DNA of 64,000 nt from IMG/VR virus record IMGVR_UViG_3300035703_000041, positions 1 through 64,000 of that record. One strand, 5' to 3'. The DNA comes from a virus. Under the pieces are notes generated by a model. The model was not told the DNA's origin. It did not search any database and saw only the letters and a list, made by a program, of their open reading frames with translations. Positions 1 through 9,463 of the stretch are shown here, one piece after another. The position numbers were made by a program, and so were the translations under genes. Each line of letters starts with the position of its first letter. The first letter of the stretch is position 1.

Positions 1-2
1 TA

Positions 3-1289
3 TTTGTTGAAACAAGAAGAGATGCATTAAACAGTAATCATATATGTATTGTTCACTATCAACAAAACAGTGTAGTTGCAATACATTGCAGGGACGCTGA
101 ATGGACACCTCAAACTGCTATATCTGGTTTTACTTCTATTAAACCTGGATTTAATTTAGCAGCAGTTAATAGTCAACAATTTGTTGGAACTGTAACTAAT
201 GCTGCAAACTTAGGCAATATTGAAGCTGTTCGTTATCTAAGAAATGATATAAGTGGTAGCATAGACGGTAGCTTAACATTAGCTAACGAAGGTTTGATAA
301 TTGGAGAGTTTGATGATCTTCAAGCATATATTGATGGTCCAGACGCTTACATAGCTAAACCTGAAGGTAAGATAAGTTTCCTATCGGGATTAACACCAAT
401 ATTAAACTTAGATGAGACTATACAAGCACAATTTGCTGATGGTAGTGAAGCAGAACCTAGTATTACTTTTATTAGTGATACAGATAGTGGTATGTTTAGG
501 ATTGATGAAGACATTATTGGCGTAGGAGTTAATGGAACTACAATACTTGAAATTAGTGATGGCGGATTGTTTGTTAATGGTGCAATACAAGCCACTGCTT
601 TTTCAGGAGTTTTAAACGCAACAAATGTTATTGCAACAAATATTCAAACAGTTAACTTAAATGTAACTGGTAATACTATCTTAGGTAATAATGCTAATGA
701 TAGTGTTCAAATACAAGCAAGCAATATTAGTATACCAAATGGATTGATATTTTCAAGTTCAGCTGTACAGTTTAACGGTCAAGTTAAACTTGGTGATATA
801 TTAACAAGCGATGATGGCATCGCTCCAATAACTATCGATCCTGATTTATATGTAACAGGTGATACCCAGATAGATGGTGACCTTGTAATAGGTGGCACAA
901 TCAACGTTGCTAACTTATTAATTGGTGATGAAAATGGTCGTTTGATATTTAATTCAGCAGTTGCTACTGGATATGCTAATGTTGGCGACTTTACTATGGG
1001 TCAAACTAACGGTATACGTAGTTATAATAGTCCTAAGATGTGGATTGCATGGAATGGTACGTTAGCTGGATTAGCAATTTACGATAGTTTCAACATTGAT
1101 TTTGTAACTAGAACTAGTACTAATAATTATAGTTTTACAACTGAATATCCTATTACAAGCGGCGCGATGGCAGTGATTGGCACTAACAGCACTAATATGC
1201 CATCTGCTCCAAGTATTGGTGCAACAAGTTTTTCAATAACTACAACAAGCGAAGGCACTAGAATGGCGCTAGTAGTCTTAAGTCAATAA
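3..1289 (+). CDS. Tail fibre/virion structural protein, 5'-truncated by window edge
   Basis: Frame of the 294..1289 ORF is open from nt 3; G/N/T/I-rich beta-repeat composition; DGSxxxPSITFxSDTDSG and WIAWNG fibre-type motifs. Confidence 0.7.
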   Translation, partial: FVETRRDALNSNHICIVHYQQNSVVAIHCRDAEWTPQTAISGFTSIKPGFNLAAVNSQQFVGTVTNAANLGNIEAVRYLRNDISGSIDGSLTLANEGLIIGEFDDLQAYIDGPDAYIAKPEGKISFLSGLTPILNLDETIQAQFADGSEAEPSITFISDTDSGMFRIDEDIIGVGVNGTTILEISDGGLFVNGAIQATAFSGVLNATNVIATNIQTVNLNVTGNTILGNNANDSVQIQASNISIPNGLIFSSSAVQFNGQVKLGDILTSDDGIAPITIDPDLYVTGDTQIDGDLVIGGTINVANLLIGDENGRLIFNSAVATGYANVGDFTMGQTNGIRSYNSPKMWIAWNGTLAGLAIYDSFNIDFVTRTSTNNYSFTTEYPITSGAMAVIGTNSTNMPSAPSIGATSFSITTTSEGTRMALVVLSQ

Positions 1290-1299
1290 GGATTAACAA

Positions 1300-1512
1300 A
1301 TGAAGATAATTTATCCAAATGGAACAGGTGGAGTAGCAGTAGCAGCAGTAAATCCAAAATATACTGATTTAGTAGTTGCTGGAAAAAAGTTTATTCCAAA
1401 AGGGTTGCCATTTAAAATTGTAAATGACAACGATTTACCATCAGATGACACATTCTTTGATGCATGGGAATATGATTTTTCTAGTAAAGATGGGATAGGC
1501 GAGAGAGAATAA
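1300..1512 (+). CDS. Tail fibre assembly-like small protein
   Basis: PFKIV...LPSD.TF.DAW motif; directly after fibre gene; SD AGGA. Confidence 0.55.
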   Translation: MKIIYPNGTGGVAVAAVNPKYTDLVVAGKKFIPKGLPFKIVNDNDLPSDDTFFDAWEYDFSSKDGIGERE

Positions 1513-1754
1513 TGATTACAATTAATATGGAAAAAGCCAAACTTATCTGGCGTGAAAAAATATTAACAGAACGCAAAGCAGCATTTGAAAAGAATGACAT
1601 AGCAATACGTGATGCACAGTTAGATAATGATGCTGAAAAGTTGGCAATAGCAATAACACGACGTGATGAATTGCGTGCTATTGGTGATATTATCGATGCA
1701 GCTAAAACAACGGATGAATTAAAAGCTACTTTAGAAATAATAAATAAAGTATAA
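1512..1754 (+). CDS. Tail fibre assembly/chaperone-like protein
   Basis: MITINMEKAK...RDELR helical family that typically follows fibre genes; TAATG coupling. Confidence 0.45.
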   Translation: MITINMEKAKLIWREKILTERKAAFEKNDIAIRDAQLDNDAEKLAIAITRRDELRAIGDIIDAAKTTDELKATLEIINKV

Positions 1755-1765
1755 AGGAAAATTAG

Positions 1766-2521
1766 ATGGCTTCAAATGTTAATCCAAACAATATAGATGG
1801 CACATATCCTATTGCAGGACAGGATAATGACAGTCAAGGTTTTAGAACCAATTTTACAAATATAAAGAACAACTTTATATACACCAAAAGCGAAATAGAA
1901 GATCTCCAAGCAAAAGCTATTCTAAAGTCTGGCCTAACTGGTACTGTGCTTGACAATAACATGGCTGGTTCAACTTTTAGATCAGCAGAAGTTAGAGATT
2001 TGAGAGAAACAAGAGTTGATCTTGGCACCACTAGCGGAACTATCACACTTGATCACACTGCCGCACACTATTACGTTGTTATATCAAGTGGTAATTTAGA
2101 GATTTCTTTCGCTGGATTTCCAGCAGCAGGTCGCGTTGGAAGAATTCGTTTAGAAGTTACCATAACAGATACTACAGACGCACTTGTTCTTCCATCAAAC
2201 GTAACATATGGTACACAGGGACTTGCTGGTTTCGATGGTATTGATACAGTTGAATTCTTTGCTACTGGTACTTACATTTTTGAATTTATAACTGAAAACG
2301 GCGGCACTGATGTTCATATTGAAGATTTAAGCCGTGCAAGAACATTATTCCACAGCGAGCAAATTACACTACAACAAAGAACTCCAGCTGCTGAAGGTCG
2401 CGATGGCGACACTGCTGGAATGATTGCTGTTGACGGAGATTATCTATACGTATGCACTGATAACTATGACGGTGGTTCCACACAAATTTGGAAGCGCGTA
2501 TCACTAATACCTTATTCATAA
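1766..2521 (+). CDS. Virion structural protein (tail-associated)
   Basis: N-terminal YPIAGQDNDSQGFRTNF; C-terminal YLYVC...WKR; TAAATA at 1741-1746. Confidence 0.6.
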   Translation: MASNVNPNNIDGTYPIAGQDNDSQGFRTNFTNIKNNFIYTKSEIEDLQAKAILKSGLTGTVLDNNMAGSTFRSAEVRDLRETRVDLGTTSGTITLDHTAAHYYVVISSGNLEISFAGFPAAGRVGRIRLEVTITDTTDALVLPSNVTYGTQGLAGFDGIDTVEFFATGTYIFEFITENGGTDVHIEDLSRARTLFHSEQITLQQRTPAAEGRDGDTAGMIAVDGDYLYVCTDNYDGGSTQIWKRVSLIPYS

Positions 2522-2564
2522 GGACGAAAAATAAAGCCCCGCTTATTTGTTTCGACAAAAGCAC

Positions 2565-2592
2565 CCCGGTAGTTCAGGCTGCCGGGTTTTTA
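2565..2592 (+). terminator. Rho-independent terminator
   Basis: cccggtag-ttcagg-ctgccggg followed by T-tract; second hairpin at 2541-2562. Confidence 0.8.
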
Positions 2593-2640
2593 TTTGCATT
2601 GTTCTATAATACTTGCTACTATTACTTTTAGGAGTAAAGC

Positions 2641-3075
2641 ATGTCGCAAATTGATTTAAACAAGTATCGAGAATTTGTATTAGAAGTAACCAGTAAGCCA
2701 AGCAAAGACCTAACGGAATTCATGAACCGATTAGATGAACTGGATGCAAACTACATTGGCGAAGGCAAGCACGGTCCTCAAATTAATGTACCACTACTTC
2801 TTACTGCTGGTGTTGGTCTCGCAAGTGAAGGTGGCGAGTTCAACGAGATTGTAAAGAAGATGTTCTTCCAAGGCAAACCACTTAATGATGACAATGTTTT
2901 CCATATGAAGCGAGAACTTGGGGATATTATGTGGTATTGGGTTAATGCTTGTACTGCACTTGGACTTGATCCAAACGAGGTAGTTGCTGAGAATGTTGAA
3001 AAGCTTAAAGCACGTTATCCAGGCGGTGAGTTTAACGTATGGCATAGTGAGAACCGTAAGGAAGGCGATCTCTAA
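2641..3075 (+). CDS. mazG: MazG-like NTP pyrophosphohydrolase
   Basis: GLASEGGEFNEIVKK...ELGDIMWY...NVEKLKARYP. Confidence 0.9.
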   Translation: MSQIDLNKYREFVLEVTSKPSKDLTEFMNRLDELDANYIGEGKHGPQINVPLLLTAGVGLASEGGEFNEIVKKMFFQGKPLNDDNVFHMKRELGDIMWYWVNACTALGLDPNEVVAENVEKLKARYPGGEFNVWHSENRKEGDL

Positions 3076-3078
3076 ACT

Positions 3079-3303
3079 ATGGGGTTAGGTCCTCCTGTTT
3101 GCGAAAAGTGCAGAGTTATTGCTTCACTCGAAGCAATAAGGTTTAAATGGCATTGTAAATACTGTGGTAATAAAGATCCACAGTGGAACGCATGGGACTG
3201 TGGACTAACAGAAGAGGAACTGCACGAAAACAAACTTTTCCTCGATTTCGTAAAAGGAACACAGGATGCACCCACTAGCAGGAGATCTAACTCAATTAAG
3301 TGA
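3079..3303 (+). CDS. Small zinc-ribbon protein
   Basis: CEKC...CKYC. Confidence 0.5.
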   Translation: MGLGPPVCEKCRVIASLEAIRFKWHCKYCGNKDPQWNAWDCGLTEEELHENKLFLDFVKGTQDAPTSRRSNSIK

Positions 3304-3502
3304 TGAAGAGTTACTTAAAAAGCTAAATGAATTATATGATAGACTTAAGAAAGCTTATTACTTTCCAGATCCAAGTATAACTCATCAATTAAAGCTTTTA
3401 CTTGAATCGTACAGAAACGAACAAACACGCAGGGCACAAATTGCACAAGAAAAATTTATGCAGCAAAATAAAAAATTAGTTGACAGGATAGATATAAATT
3501 AA
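3266..3502 (+). CDS. Hypothetical helical protein
   Basis: Coupled ORF, MHPL...LSDEEL. Confidence 0.55.
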   Translation: MHPLAGDLTQLSDEELLKKLNELYDRLKKAYYFPDPSITHQLKLLLESYRNEQTRRAQIAQEKFMQQNKKLVDRIDIN

Positions 3503-4164
3503 TGTTTACATGGACAGCGGGATGGAATGGTATGATGTTACTAGATAACATCTTAGTTCCAAACGAATGGGAAATTAAAGTAGAGTTTAACGGAGAAGCA
3601 AACGATTTAGATCAAGAATTAATAGCATTTGATAGATGCAAGTTTTTAATTGAAGTTGCTTATCAAGAAGCATTGTTTATGCGTGTCGATGAAGTTACAT
3701 TTAGTAAATTATACGATAAAGTTATATGTCACAAAATAACTTTACCTGATGAAGCTATCGATAGTAATATAGCTATTGCTACATTAAGCAAAATGATGTG
3801 TATCGCAGAAGATCGTTTATCATTTGATGGTATACACATTACTAGCAGGATTTCAGAAGGAATCTCATTTTACTTTGATGCCAATGATATGAAGAATGTG
3901 CCTTGGTTAGTTGACAATCCAGTGCGTAAAATGTCAGGAGAACCTGCTTGGTTTATGCGTAGTGATGCAGGAACAACTGATATATGGTTACAAAGTAAAA
4001 AGAAGCACGAAATTATACGCGACATTGATGATTGGAAAAATCATAGATTAGATTGGGAACAAACACCAATGCCAAATCCAACTGAAAATCTAGTTTTACC
4101 ATCGCATAAACCAATCATCAAAAAAGGTTGGAAACCTAAAGTTATTGATGGCGGCAAGAAGTAA
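3502..4164 (+). CDS. Conserved hypothetical phage protein
   Basis: 220-aa ORF with TAATG coupling at both ends. Confidence 0.6.
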   Translation: MFTWTAGWNGMMLLDNILVPNEWEIKVEFNGEANDLDQELIAFDRCKFLIEVAYQEALFMRVDEVTFSKLYDKVICHKITLPDEAIDSNIAIATLSKMMCIAEDRLSFDGIHITSRISEGISFYFDANDMKNVPWLVDNPVRKMSGEPAWFMRSDAGTTDIWLQSKKKHEIIRDIDDWKNHRLDWEQTPMPNPTENLVLPSHKPIIKKGWKPKVIDGGKK

Positions 4165-4688
4165 TGTTTGATGAATATAATCGTAGGATAATAAGTGAGA
4201 AAGATCTAATAGATCTACTCTATAAAAATCCTACGATTGATTTATCAAACTTTTACTTAGATGATCCTATCAAACACAATGCTGCAATTGATATAAATTA
4301 TAGTGATATCCCAAAGCTAGCTACACTGTCAATTATTGAAGTATCACCACAAGAGTGGCATAAACAAAATCAAAGTAATTGGTTAATGCCAGATGAATAT
4401 AAAGACTTTGATATTGCTGCCTGGGTATTAAACCAATGTAATGGTAACGAAGTTGAACTACAGCGTTGTGGACAAGAGTTGTTAGAATATGCTGCTAGGG
4501 ATTTACTACCCTTATTACAATACCTTAAATACTTAGTAGATGTTATGCGTAAAAATAATATAGTATGGGGCGTTGGGCGAGGTAGTTCTGTCGCAAGCTT
4601 TGTACTATATAAAATTGGCATACATCGTATTAACTCAATTGAGTACGATTTACCAATTGAAGAATTTTTTAAAGAGCTAATAAGCTGA
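4164..4688 (+). CDS. DNA polymerase III alpha (DnaE)-like fragment
   Basis: VWGVGRGSSVASFVLYKIGIHRINSIEYDL matches DnaE GRGS palm motif; only 174 aa. Confidence 0.8.
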   Translation: MFDEYNRRIISEKDLIDLLYKNPTIDLSNFYLDDPIKHNAAIDINYSDIPKLATLSIIEVSPQEWHKQNQSNWLMPDEYKDFDIAAWVLNQCNGNEVELQRCGQELLEYAARDLLPLLQYLKYLVDVMRKNNIVWGVGRGSSVASFVLYKIGIHRINSIEYDLPIEEFFKELIS

Positions 4689-4698
4689 GGAGAATAAC

Positions 4699-5154
4699 AT
4701 GGGTAAGATTTATAGAACCGCACAAGGTCGTTCGTTAGATATGGAAACAATTCGTTTACAAAACGAACTAGTACCAGCACTTGGAAATATGCGTGTTAAT
4801 GCACGCGGTGATCAATTAGGACCAGGTGGTAAAGTCATTAAAACAAGAGAAATGATTATGGATGAGCATTACGCTACACGCACAAGTGCAGCCGTTGATA
4901 ACATTCCAACACAAAGTTCCATCCCTACACGCAGTAATCCAACACGCAGGAAAAGCGATCCGCTTCCAATGAGCAGTAAGAAACAAGTTGAATTTACACC
5001 AGATGATGCAACACCAGATGTAATACTTCCAACTAACGAACCAGTTGCTGAAACAAAGACTAAAAAAACAAAAGAAACAAAGCTAAAGGGCGGTCTAGCT
5101 GCTGCTATCGCTAAAGCGCAAGAAACAGAAAAGAAAGTTAAAAGGATTGATTAA
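4699..5154 (+). CDS. Conserved hypothetical phage protein
   Basis: GNMRVNARGDQLGPGG; SD GAGGAG. Confidence 0.6.
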   Translation: MGKIYRTAQGRSLDMETIRLQNELVPALGNMRVNARGDQLGPGGKVIKTREMIMDEHYATRTSAAVDNIPTQSSIPTRSNPTRRKSDPLPMSSKKQVEFTPDDATPDVILPTNEPVAETKTKKTKETKLKGGLAAAIAKAQETEKKVKRID

Positions 5155-5504
5155 TGCCAATTACACATGTTGAAGGAAAAGTTATACCTATCAAAGATCA
5201 TATACTAGTAGAAGAAATGGATTTTGGTGAGCGCAAAACTCGTGCTGGTATTATCTTACCTGGGGACAATGGAGACTTACGTGGTATTAGACCTCGCTGG
5301 GGCCGTGTTTATGCAGTTGGTCATGAACAAAAAGATATTAAAGCAGGGCAATATATTCTAATAAGCCACGGACGTTGGACTCGCGGTGTTGAAGTTACAG
5401 ACGAAGGTAAAACAATTACTGTTCGCAGAGTTGATAATAACGATGTGCTGCTTGTTAGTGACGAACATCCTGGTGTAGATGAAAACGTAGGCGCTGGTGT
5501 ATGA
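5154..5504 (+). CDS. groES: Co-chaperonin GroES
   Basis: PIKDHILVE...KTRAGIILP...GRVYAVG...IKAGQ. Confidence 0.85.
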   Translation: MPITHVEGKVIPIKDHILVEEMDFGERKTRAGIILPGDNGDLRGIRPRWGRVYAVGHEQKDIKAGQYILISHGRWTRGVEVTDEGKTITVRRVDNNDVLLVSDEHPGVDENVGAGV

Positions 5505-5662
5505 CACAAAAAGAAATAATGACCGAGCTGGACATTCTAAAAAAGAATGTTGCAGACCTACAATTAGAATTGAACAAAGCCTACAAGCGTATTGCCGAGT
5601 TAAATGAACAAATTATTGCTTTACAGCGTGAGCAGAGTGTAAACTTAGGGCAACGTTATTAA
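5501..5662 (+). CDS. 53-aa coiled-coil protein (not in ORF track)
   Basis: MTQKEIMTELDILKKNVADLQLELNKAYKRIAEL; ATGA overlap with groES. Confidence 0.5.
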   Translation: MTQKEIMTELDILKKNVADLQLELNKAYKRIAELNEQIIALQREQSVNLGQRY

Positions 5663-5671
5663 GAGGAATAC

Positions 5672-6598
5672 ATGAAGCAACTTTGGACAGAATTGTATAG
5701 GCCAAAAACTGTAGATGATTACGTATGGCGAGATGAAGAACAAAAGTCTCAAGTGGAGCAATGGGTAAATGAGAAATCAATCCCTCACATCTTGTTAAGC
5801 GGATCACCTGGTGTTGGTAAAACTACACTTGCTAAGATTTTAATCAACGCAATTGGTGTTGAAAAATATGATGTGCTAGAAGCAAACGGATCTAAAGAAG
5901 GTCGTAAGATTGAATGGATTGACAAGCTTATTAACTTTTGTCAAACTGTTCCGTTTGGTCCCTTTAAAGTTGTGCTAATTGATGAGGCTGATTATCTTAA
6001 CCCGCATTCAGTACAACCAGCATTGCGTAACTTAATGGAACAATTTAGTGATAGTGTACGTTTCATTTTAACTTGTAACTATCCTAATAAAATTATCCCA
6101 GCAATTCATTCACGCAGCCAAGGTTTCCACGTAGAAAAAATTGATCATACTGAGTTTACTGCAAGGTGCGCCACTATTCTTGTAAGTGAAGGAGTTGAGT
6201 TTGATCTTGATATGCTTGACATTTATGTTACTGCCGCTTACCCAGACTTACGTAAGTGCATTAACAACTTACAAATGGCAAGCGTAAATGGCAAATTAAG
6301 CAATCCAAAAGAATCAAACACAAGCACAATTGATTATAGAATCAAGATGGTTGAACTTTTTAAGTCTGGTAAAATTGCAGAAGCACGTAAGCTTGCTTGT
6401 GAGAATGTACGTCCAGATGAAATGGAAGATATGTTCCGTTGGATGTACAGCAATTTAGATTTATGGGCAAAAACTCCTGAAGGACGAGATCAAGCTATTG
6501 TTAAGATTAGAGATGGCTTAGTTAGTCATTCCTTAGTAGCTGATACTGAAATTAATCTTGCAGCCACACTTGTTGAACTAACCACAATAGAAGAATAA
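5672..6598 (+). CDS. Clamp loader AAA+ subunit (gp44/RFC small-like)
   Basis: LWTELYRP, GSPGVGKTT, IDEAD, FILTCNY, HSR motifs. Confidence 0.92.
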   Translation: MKQLWTELYRPKTVDDYVWRDEEQKSQVEQWVNEKSIPHILLSGSPGVGKTTLAKILINAIGVEKYDVLEANGSKEGRKIEWIDKLINFCQTVPFGPFKVVLIDEADYLNPHSVQPALRNLMEQFSDSVRFILTCNYPNKIIPAIHSRSQGFHVEKIDHTEFTARCATILVSEGVEFDLDMLDIYVTAAYPDLRKCINNLQMASVNGKLSNPKESNTSTIDYRIKMVELFKSGKIAEARKLACENVRPDEMEDMFRWMYSNLDLWAKTPEGRDQAIVKIRDGLVSHSLVADTEINLAATLVELTTIEE

Positions 6599-6599
6599 A

Positions 6600-6932
6600 A
6601 TGAAAAAGCATCGTTACCTATTTGCCAAGTATCTAGCTAAACCACGCGATCCAACAAAGACACACATTAAGGGGTATATGACAGATCCAAAAAATGTGCG
6701 TTATGATGAAGTAGTTGGGTTTAGTGTTGGTCTAAAAAACAAGGATCACGAAAATCAAATCATCATTGACATTGATGGACAAAAAGTAATTAAAAACTCC
6801 ATGAACGAAAACAACGATTGGAGCCAATTGATGAATTACTTTTTGAGTACATATGAAAAGCAGTTGCTGAACTTTATGCGTAAAACAGGTGGAACTACAC
6901 CGCAGGTTGCAGTGGACACCCCAAAGAGCTAA
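6600..6932 (+). CDS. Conserved hypothetical protein
   Basis: ORF following the clamp loader. Confidence 0.55.
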   Translation: MKKHRYLFAKYLAKPRDPTKTHIKGYMTDPKNVRYDEVVGFSVGLKNKDHENQIIIDIDGQKVIKNSMNENNDWSQLMNYFLSTYEKQLLNFMRKTGGTTPQVAVDTPKS

Positions 6933-6960
6933 GTCCTTGTTTTCATTGCAGAATCTTTTT
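6928..6960. promoter_or_regulatory. Repeated upstream element, copy 1 (IHF-like site)
   Basis: gctaagtccttgttttcattgcagaat; reverse AAACAAGGACTTA is 1 mismatch from WATCAANNNNTTR. Confidence 0.5.
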
Positions 6961-6983
6961 TTGCTATTTTGACACTTTTTTGG

Positions 6984-7011
6984 TTGACGTTCTGGACAGT
7001 GATGTTATTAT
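6984..7011 (+). promoter_or_regulatory. Early sigma70-type promoter
   Basis: TTGACG-16-TATTAT with TGn extension. Confidence 0.75.
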
Positions 7012-7063
7012 CCAAAATGTGAGCTGCGGGAAATTGTTCCTGTAGCAGTTAGGAGATTACTAT

Positions 7064-7498
7064 ATGGCTAAGCTTTTTTCCGTAGTTGGTGTGTCCCGTA
7101 TCCGTGAGAAGGATGCTATGAAGTTGCGTGTTGCTAATGGCAAGGCTGAGGCCCGCGCCAAGCGCCTTACGCGAGGTGGACACGTAGAAGTTGTGCTTTT
7201 TGATACTAAGCCTATGACGAAGGTGGACGCGCTTGCGTGGCTTGAGCGTACCCATCCCGACCTTGCTGCCCAGATTGGTGTTAAGCAGGCTGCTGCTGTG
7301 CGCGCCAAGGTTGCAAAGTCCGCTCCTAAAGCGGAAGTTGTAGAGGTCGCTGCTAAGGAAGTGGAAGTTGAGGTAGTTGATGAGCCCCTTAGCCCTGCTG
7401 CGAAGCTTGCACTTAAGCGCGTCAGGGACGCCGCTAGGAAGCGTGAAAAGCGCGCCCTGGAACGTGCTGTTAAGGAAGCTGCCAAGTCCGTAGCGTGA
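7064..7498 (+). CDS. Basic Ala/Lys-rich early protein
   Basis: SD AGGAG; AAG/GAG-biased codons; 5' hairpin at 7023-7046. Confidence 0.7.
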   Translation: MAKLFSVVGVSRIREKDAMKLRVANGKAEARAKRLTRGGHVEVVLFDTKPMTKVDALAWLERTHPDLAAQIGVKQAAAVRAKVAKSAPKAEVVEVAAKEVEVEVVDEPLSPAAKLALKRVRDAARKREKRALERAVKEAAKSVA

Positions 7499-7507
7499 CG
7501 TCTAATA

Positions 7508-7544
7508 GCCCTGCTAGGTGTTTGATCTAGCAGGGCATTCTTTT
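7508..7544 (+). terminator. Rho-independent terminator
   Basis: Perfect 10-bp stem gccctgctag/ctagcagggc followed by attctttt. Confidence 0.75.
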
Positions 7545-7568
7545 ATCCAAATTAACAAGAGGTTGCAA

Positions 7569-7814
7569 ATGGTACGTATATACAACTCGCATGTCTGGAA
7601 ACGTTTGGAACTTCGTCATAAAAAGCGAGAAGCACGACTTCCGTGCGTAATACTTGCTACACTCTTTTGGTTGTTTTGGTCACCCTTTTTATCTGCCTTT
7701 ATAGCAGGTTATTTTACAAGCACTACAGGCGGAGCATACTTGCTTTGGTTGTGCTTGTTTGGTCTTGCTACTTTTGGTTTATGGCGTGTATATGAGTGGG
7801 GTGATCTAAAATAA
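7569..7814 (+). CDS. Small membrane protein
   Basis: Two hydrophobic segments; ATG 7569 preferred because GTG 7518 lies inside the terminator loop. Confidence 0.55.
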   Translation: MVRIYNSHVWKRLELRHKKREARLPCVILATLFWLFWSPFLSAFIAGYFTSTTGGAYLLWLCLFGLATFGLWRVYEWGDLK

Positions 7815-7817
7815 TAG

Positions 7818-7845
7818 TTGACGAGTCTATAACTTAGTTTATTAT
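7818..7845 (+). promoter_or_regulatory. Early sigma70-type promoter
   Basis: TTGACG-16-TATTAT. Confidence 0.65.
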
Positions 7846-7862
7846 GTTGGTATAACAAGGAG

Positions 7863-8111
7863 ATGAGTATGAACAAGTACCTCACCCAGTACATTGCCCA
7901 GCGTAATATGCAGCGCATGTGGTTTAACCAGGTGCAGATTGATCCCGCAAACATTTCCCCTAAGGAAGCTCGCGAGTTGCTCGACTCGCTTGAGGGTGAC
8001 CTTAGCCCCGAGAATTTGTGTTGCGATGGGGAACTGCGTGGTGCGCCGCTTCGTGCTAAGACCAAGATGCTTACTGAGGCCAAGAAGGCCCTGCTCCAAG
8101 GAGAATATTAA
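7863..8111 (+). CDS. Hypothetical early protein
   Basis: LSPENLCCDGE motif; SD AGGAG. Confidence 0.6.
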   Translation: MSMNKYLTQYIAQRNMQRMWFNQVQIDPANISPKEARELLDSLEGDLSPENLCCDGELRGAPLRAKTKMLTEAKKALLQGEY

Positions 8112-8365
8112 TGAAAGTGTTTCAAGTTAGAGCATTGAGCTCATCTCGAGTCAGTTACGATTGTGGGACTTTTTCTACTCAGGAACTTGCCGAGGCAAAA
8201 ATTAAAAAAATGAAAAGGGAACCTGGTTGGAAAACTGTTTGGGATTCTATCCAAATTTGGGAATTTACTGTAGAGGGTCCAGAAGCTAATTCAGATGCAA
8301 GCTGGGAAGTGGACAGGCTACGCGCCGAGGGCGCTTATGACACTGGAAGGGATGGTTGGCGATGA
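8111..8365 (+). CDS. Hypothetical protein
   Basis: Coupled ORF. Confidence 0.5.
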   Translation: MKVFQVRALSSSRVSYDCGTFSTQELAEAKIKKMKREPGWKTVWDSIQIWEFTVEGPEANSDASWEVDRLRAEGAYDTGRDGWR

Positions 8366-8526
8366 TAGACTTTAAAGAACAACTTGAACAAATGGTTGAA
8401 CCTCTTGCCCGTCAGTTTGCAGCGGAAAAGATGGCACTTGTAAAAGACATGCATGGCGAAAAACTTCCTGCGGAAATATGGAAGCAGGCTGTACCGCAGG
8501 CTCGTAAATTCCTTAACTTGGAGTAA
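8362..8526 (+). CDS. 54-aa hypothetical protein (not in ORF track)
   Basis: MIDFKEQLEQMVEPLARQFAAEK...; ATGA overlap. Confidence 0.5.
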   Translation: MIDFKEQLEQMVEPLARQFAAEKMALVKDMHGEKLPAEIWKQAVPQARKFLNLE

Positions 8527-8530
8527 TATA

Positions 8531-8797
8531 ATGGCACGGGAATATACCAACAAGCTACTCGAAATGCTCGAAGAAGGATTGCTCGATAAGGACACAGTTA
8601 TTATGGCTTGTGTAAAGTACATGAGCGAGGATGACGTTAAGGACATGATGGAAGCAAACGAACTTCTTATAGATTGGGAAGGTGAGGAGGAAGGTTTCAG
8701 CCGCGACAATGACGTTTGGAGCACGGAAGACGATGACGAGGAAGAAGACGAAGATGAAACTTTTATTGATGTTAACCAAAATGGAGGAAAATGGTAA
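8531..8797 (+). CDS. Acidic hypothetical protein
   Basis: MAREYTNKLLEM...; start 8531 after GGAG; D/E-rich tail. Confidence 0.6.
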   Translation: MAREYTNKLLEMLEEGLLDKDTVIMACVKYMSEDDVKDMMEANELLIDWEGEEEGFSRDNDVWSTEDDDEEEDEDETFIDVNQNGGKW

Positions 8798-9027
8798 TGG
8801 TACTATCGACTAAAAAGAAAAAACTACGCAAAACCGCAATCAATTTAATGCAGAAGCATTATCTTGTTACTGGTGTAAACCTATATTTCCGCAATCAAAT
8901 TTCTGTTGCAGTTAAGCATGAACACATTGAAGATGCAGTTAAATCTCTAGAAAAGGATGGCACTGTTACCCGTGTTATGGTTAAAGGAGCAGTTGCTTAT
9001 AAACTAAAGGATGAAATGCTGGTATGA
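8791..9027 (+). CDS. Hypothetical basic protein
   Basis: SD GGAGG; coupled ORF. Confidence 0.5.
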   Translation: MVMVLSTKKKKLRKTAINLMQKHYLVTGVNLYFRNQISVAVKHEHIEDAVKSLEKDGTVTRVMVKGAVAYKLKDEMLV

Positions 9028-9341
9028 CCTGGCGACTTTTCCTCGATGACGAGCGTATGCCCGTTCGCGAGGATGAATGGTTTATCGCTCGTGATGTGAA
9101 TGATGCGGTGTTCCTTGTTATCAAACAGGGAGTGCCCACTTACATCAGCTTCGACCATGATCTTGGTGATGGTGCTAACGGTGCTGCTTTTGCAAACTGG
9201 CTGATTAACCACATGCTGGATGAAGGAATCAAATTCCCAAAAGATTTTGACTACTTTATCCACAGCCAAAACCCAATTGGCGCTGCTAACATCCGTGCCA
9301 AAATGGATGCTGCTATTAAGCATATTGGGTACGAAAGCTAA
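9024..9341 (+). CDS. Cyclic-phosphate-processing receiver-domain protein
   Basis: LFLDDER...ISFDHDLG...HSQNPIG. Confidence 0.75.
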   Translation: MTWRLFLDDERMPVREDEWFIARDVNDAVFLVIKQGVPTYISFDHDLGDGANGAAFANWLINHMLDEGIKFPKDFDYFIHSQNPIGAANIRAKMDAAIKHIGYES

Positions 9342-9391
9342 GTGTTTGAAATCATTACAGAATTTTTTTGTAGTAAAATCAAGCACTTAGC
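9337..9391. repeat. Imperfect 55-bp inverted repeat made of two IHF-like sites
   Basis: gctaagtgtttgaaatcattacaga ... tgtagtaaaatcaagcacttagc; right arm AATCAAGCACTTA is a perfect WATCAANNNNTTR. Confidence 0.65.
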
Positions 9392-9406
9392 AACTAAAAA
9401 TAGTGG

Positions 9407-9434
9407 TTGACAGCACCCTATTTGGTGCTATTAT
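9407..9434 (+). promoter_or_regulatory. Early sigma70-type promoter
   Basis: TTGACA-16-TATTAT, TGc extension. Confidence 0.8.
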
Positions 9435-9463
9435 TACGATATAACAAACAGGAGATACACGTT

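Noticed and set aside
2521-2592. Tandem hairpins as a tRNA or ncRNA
   Set aside because: No cloverleaf or T-loop consensus; consistent with a terminator region
8453-8530. Upstream extension of ORF 8453..8797
   Set aside because: Overlaps a more plausible ORF at 8362..8526; SD supports start at 8531
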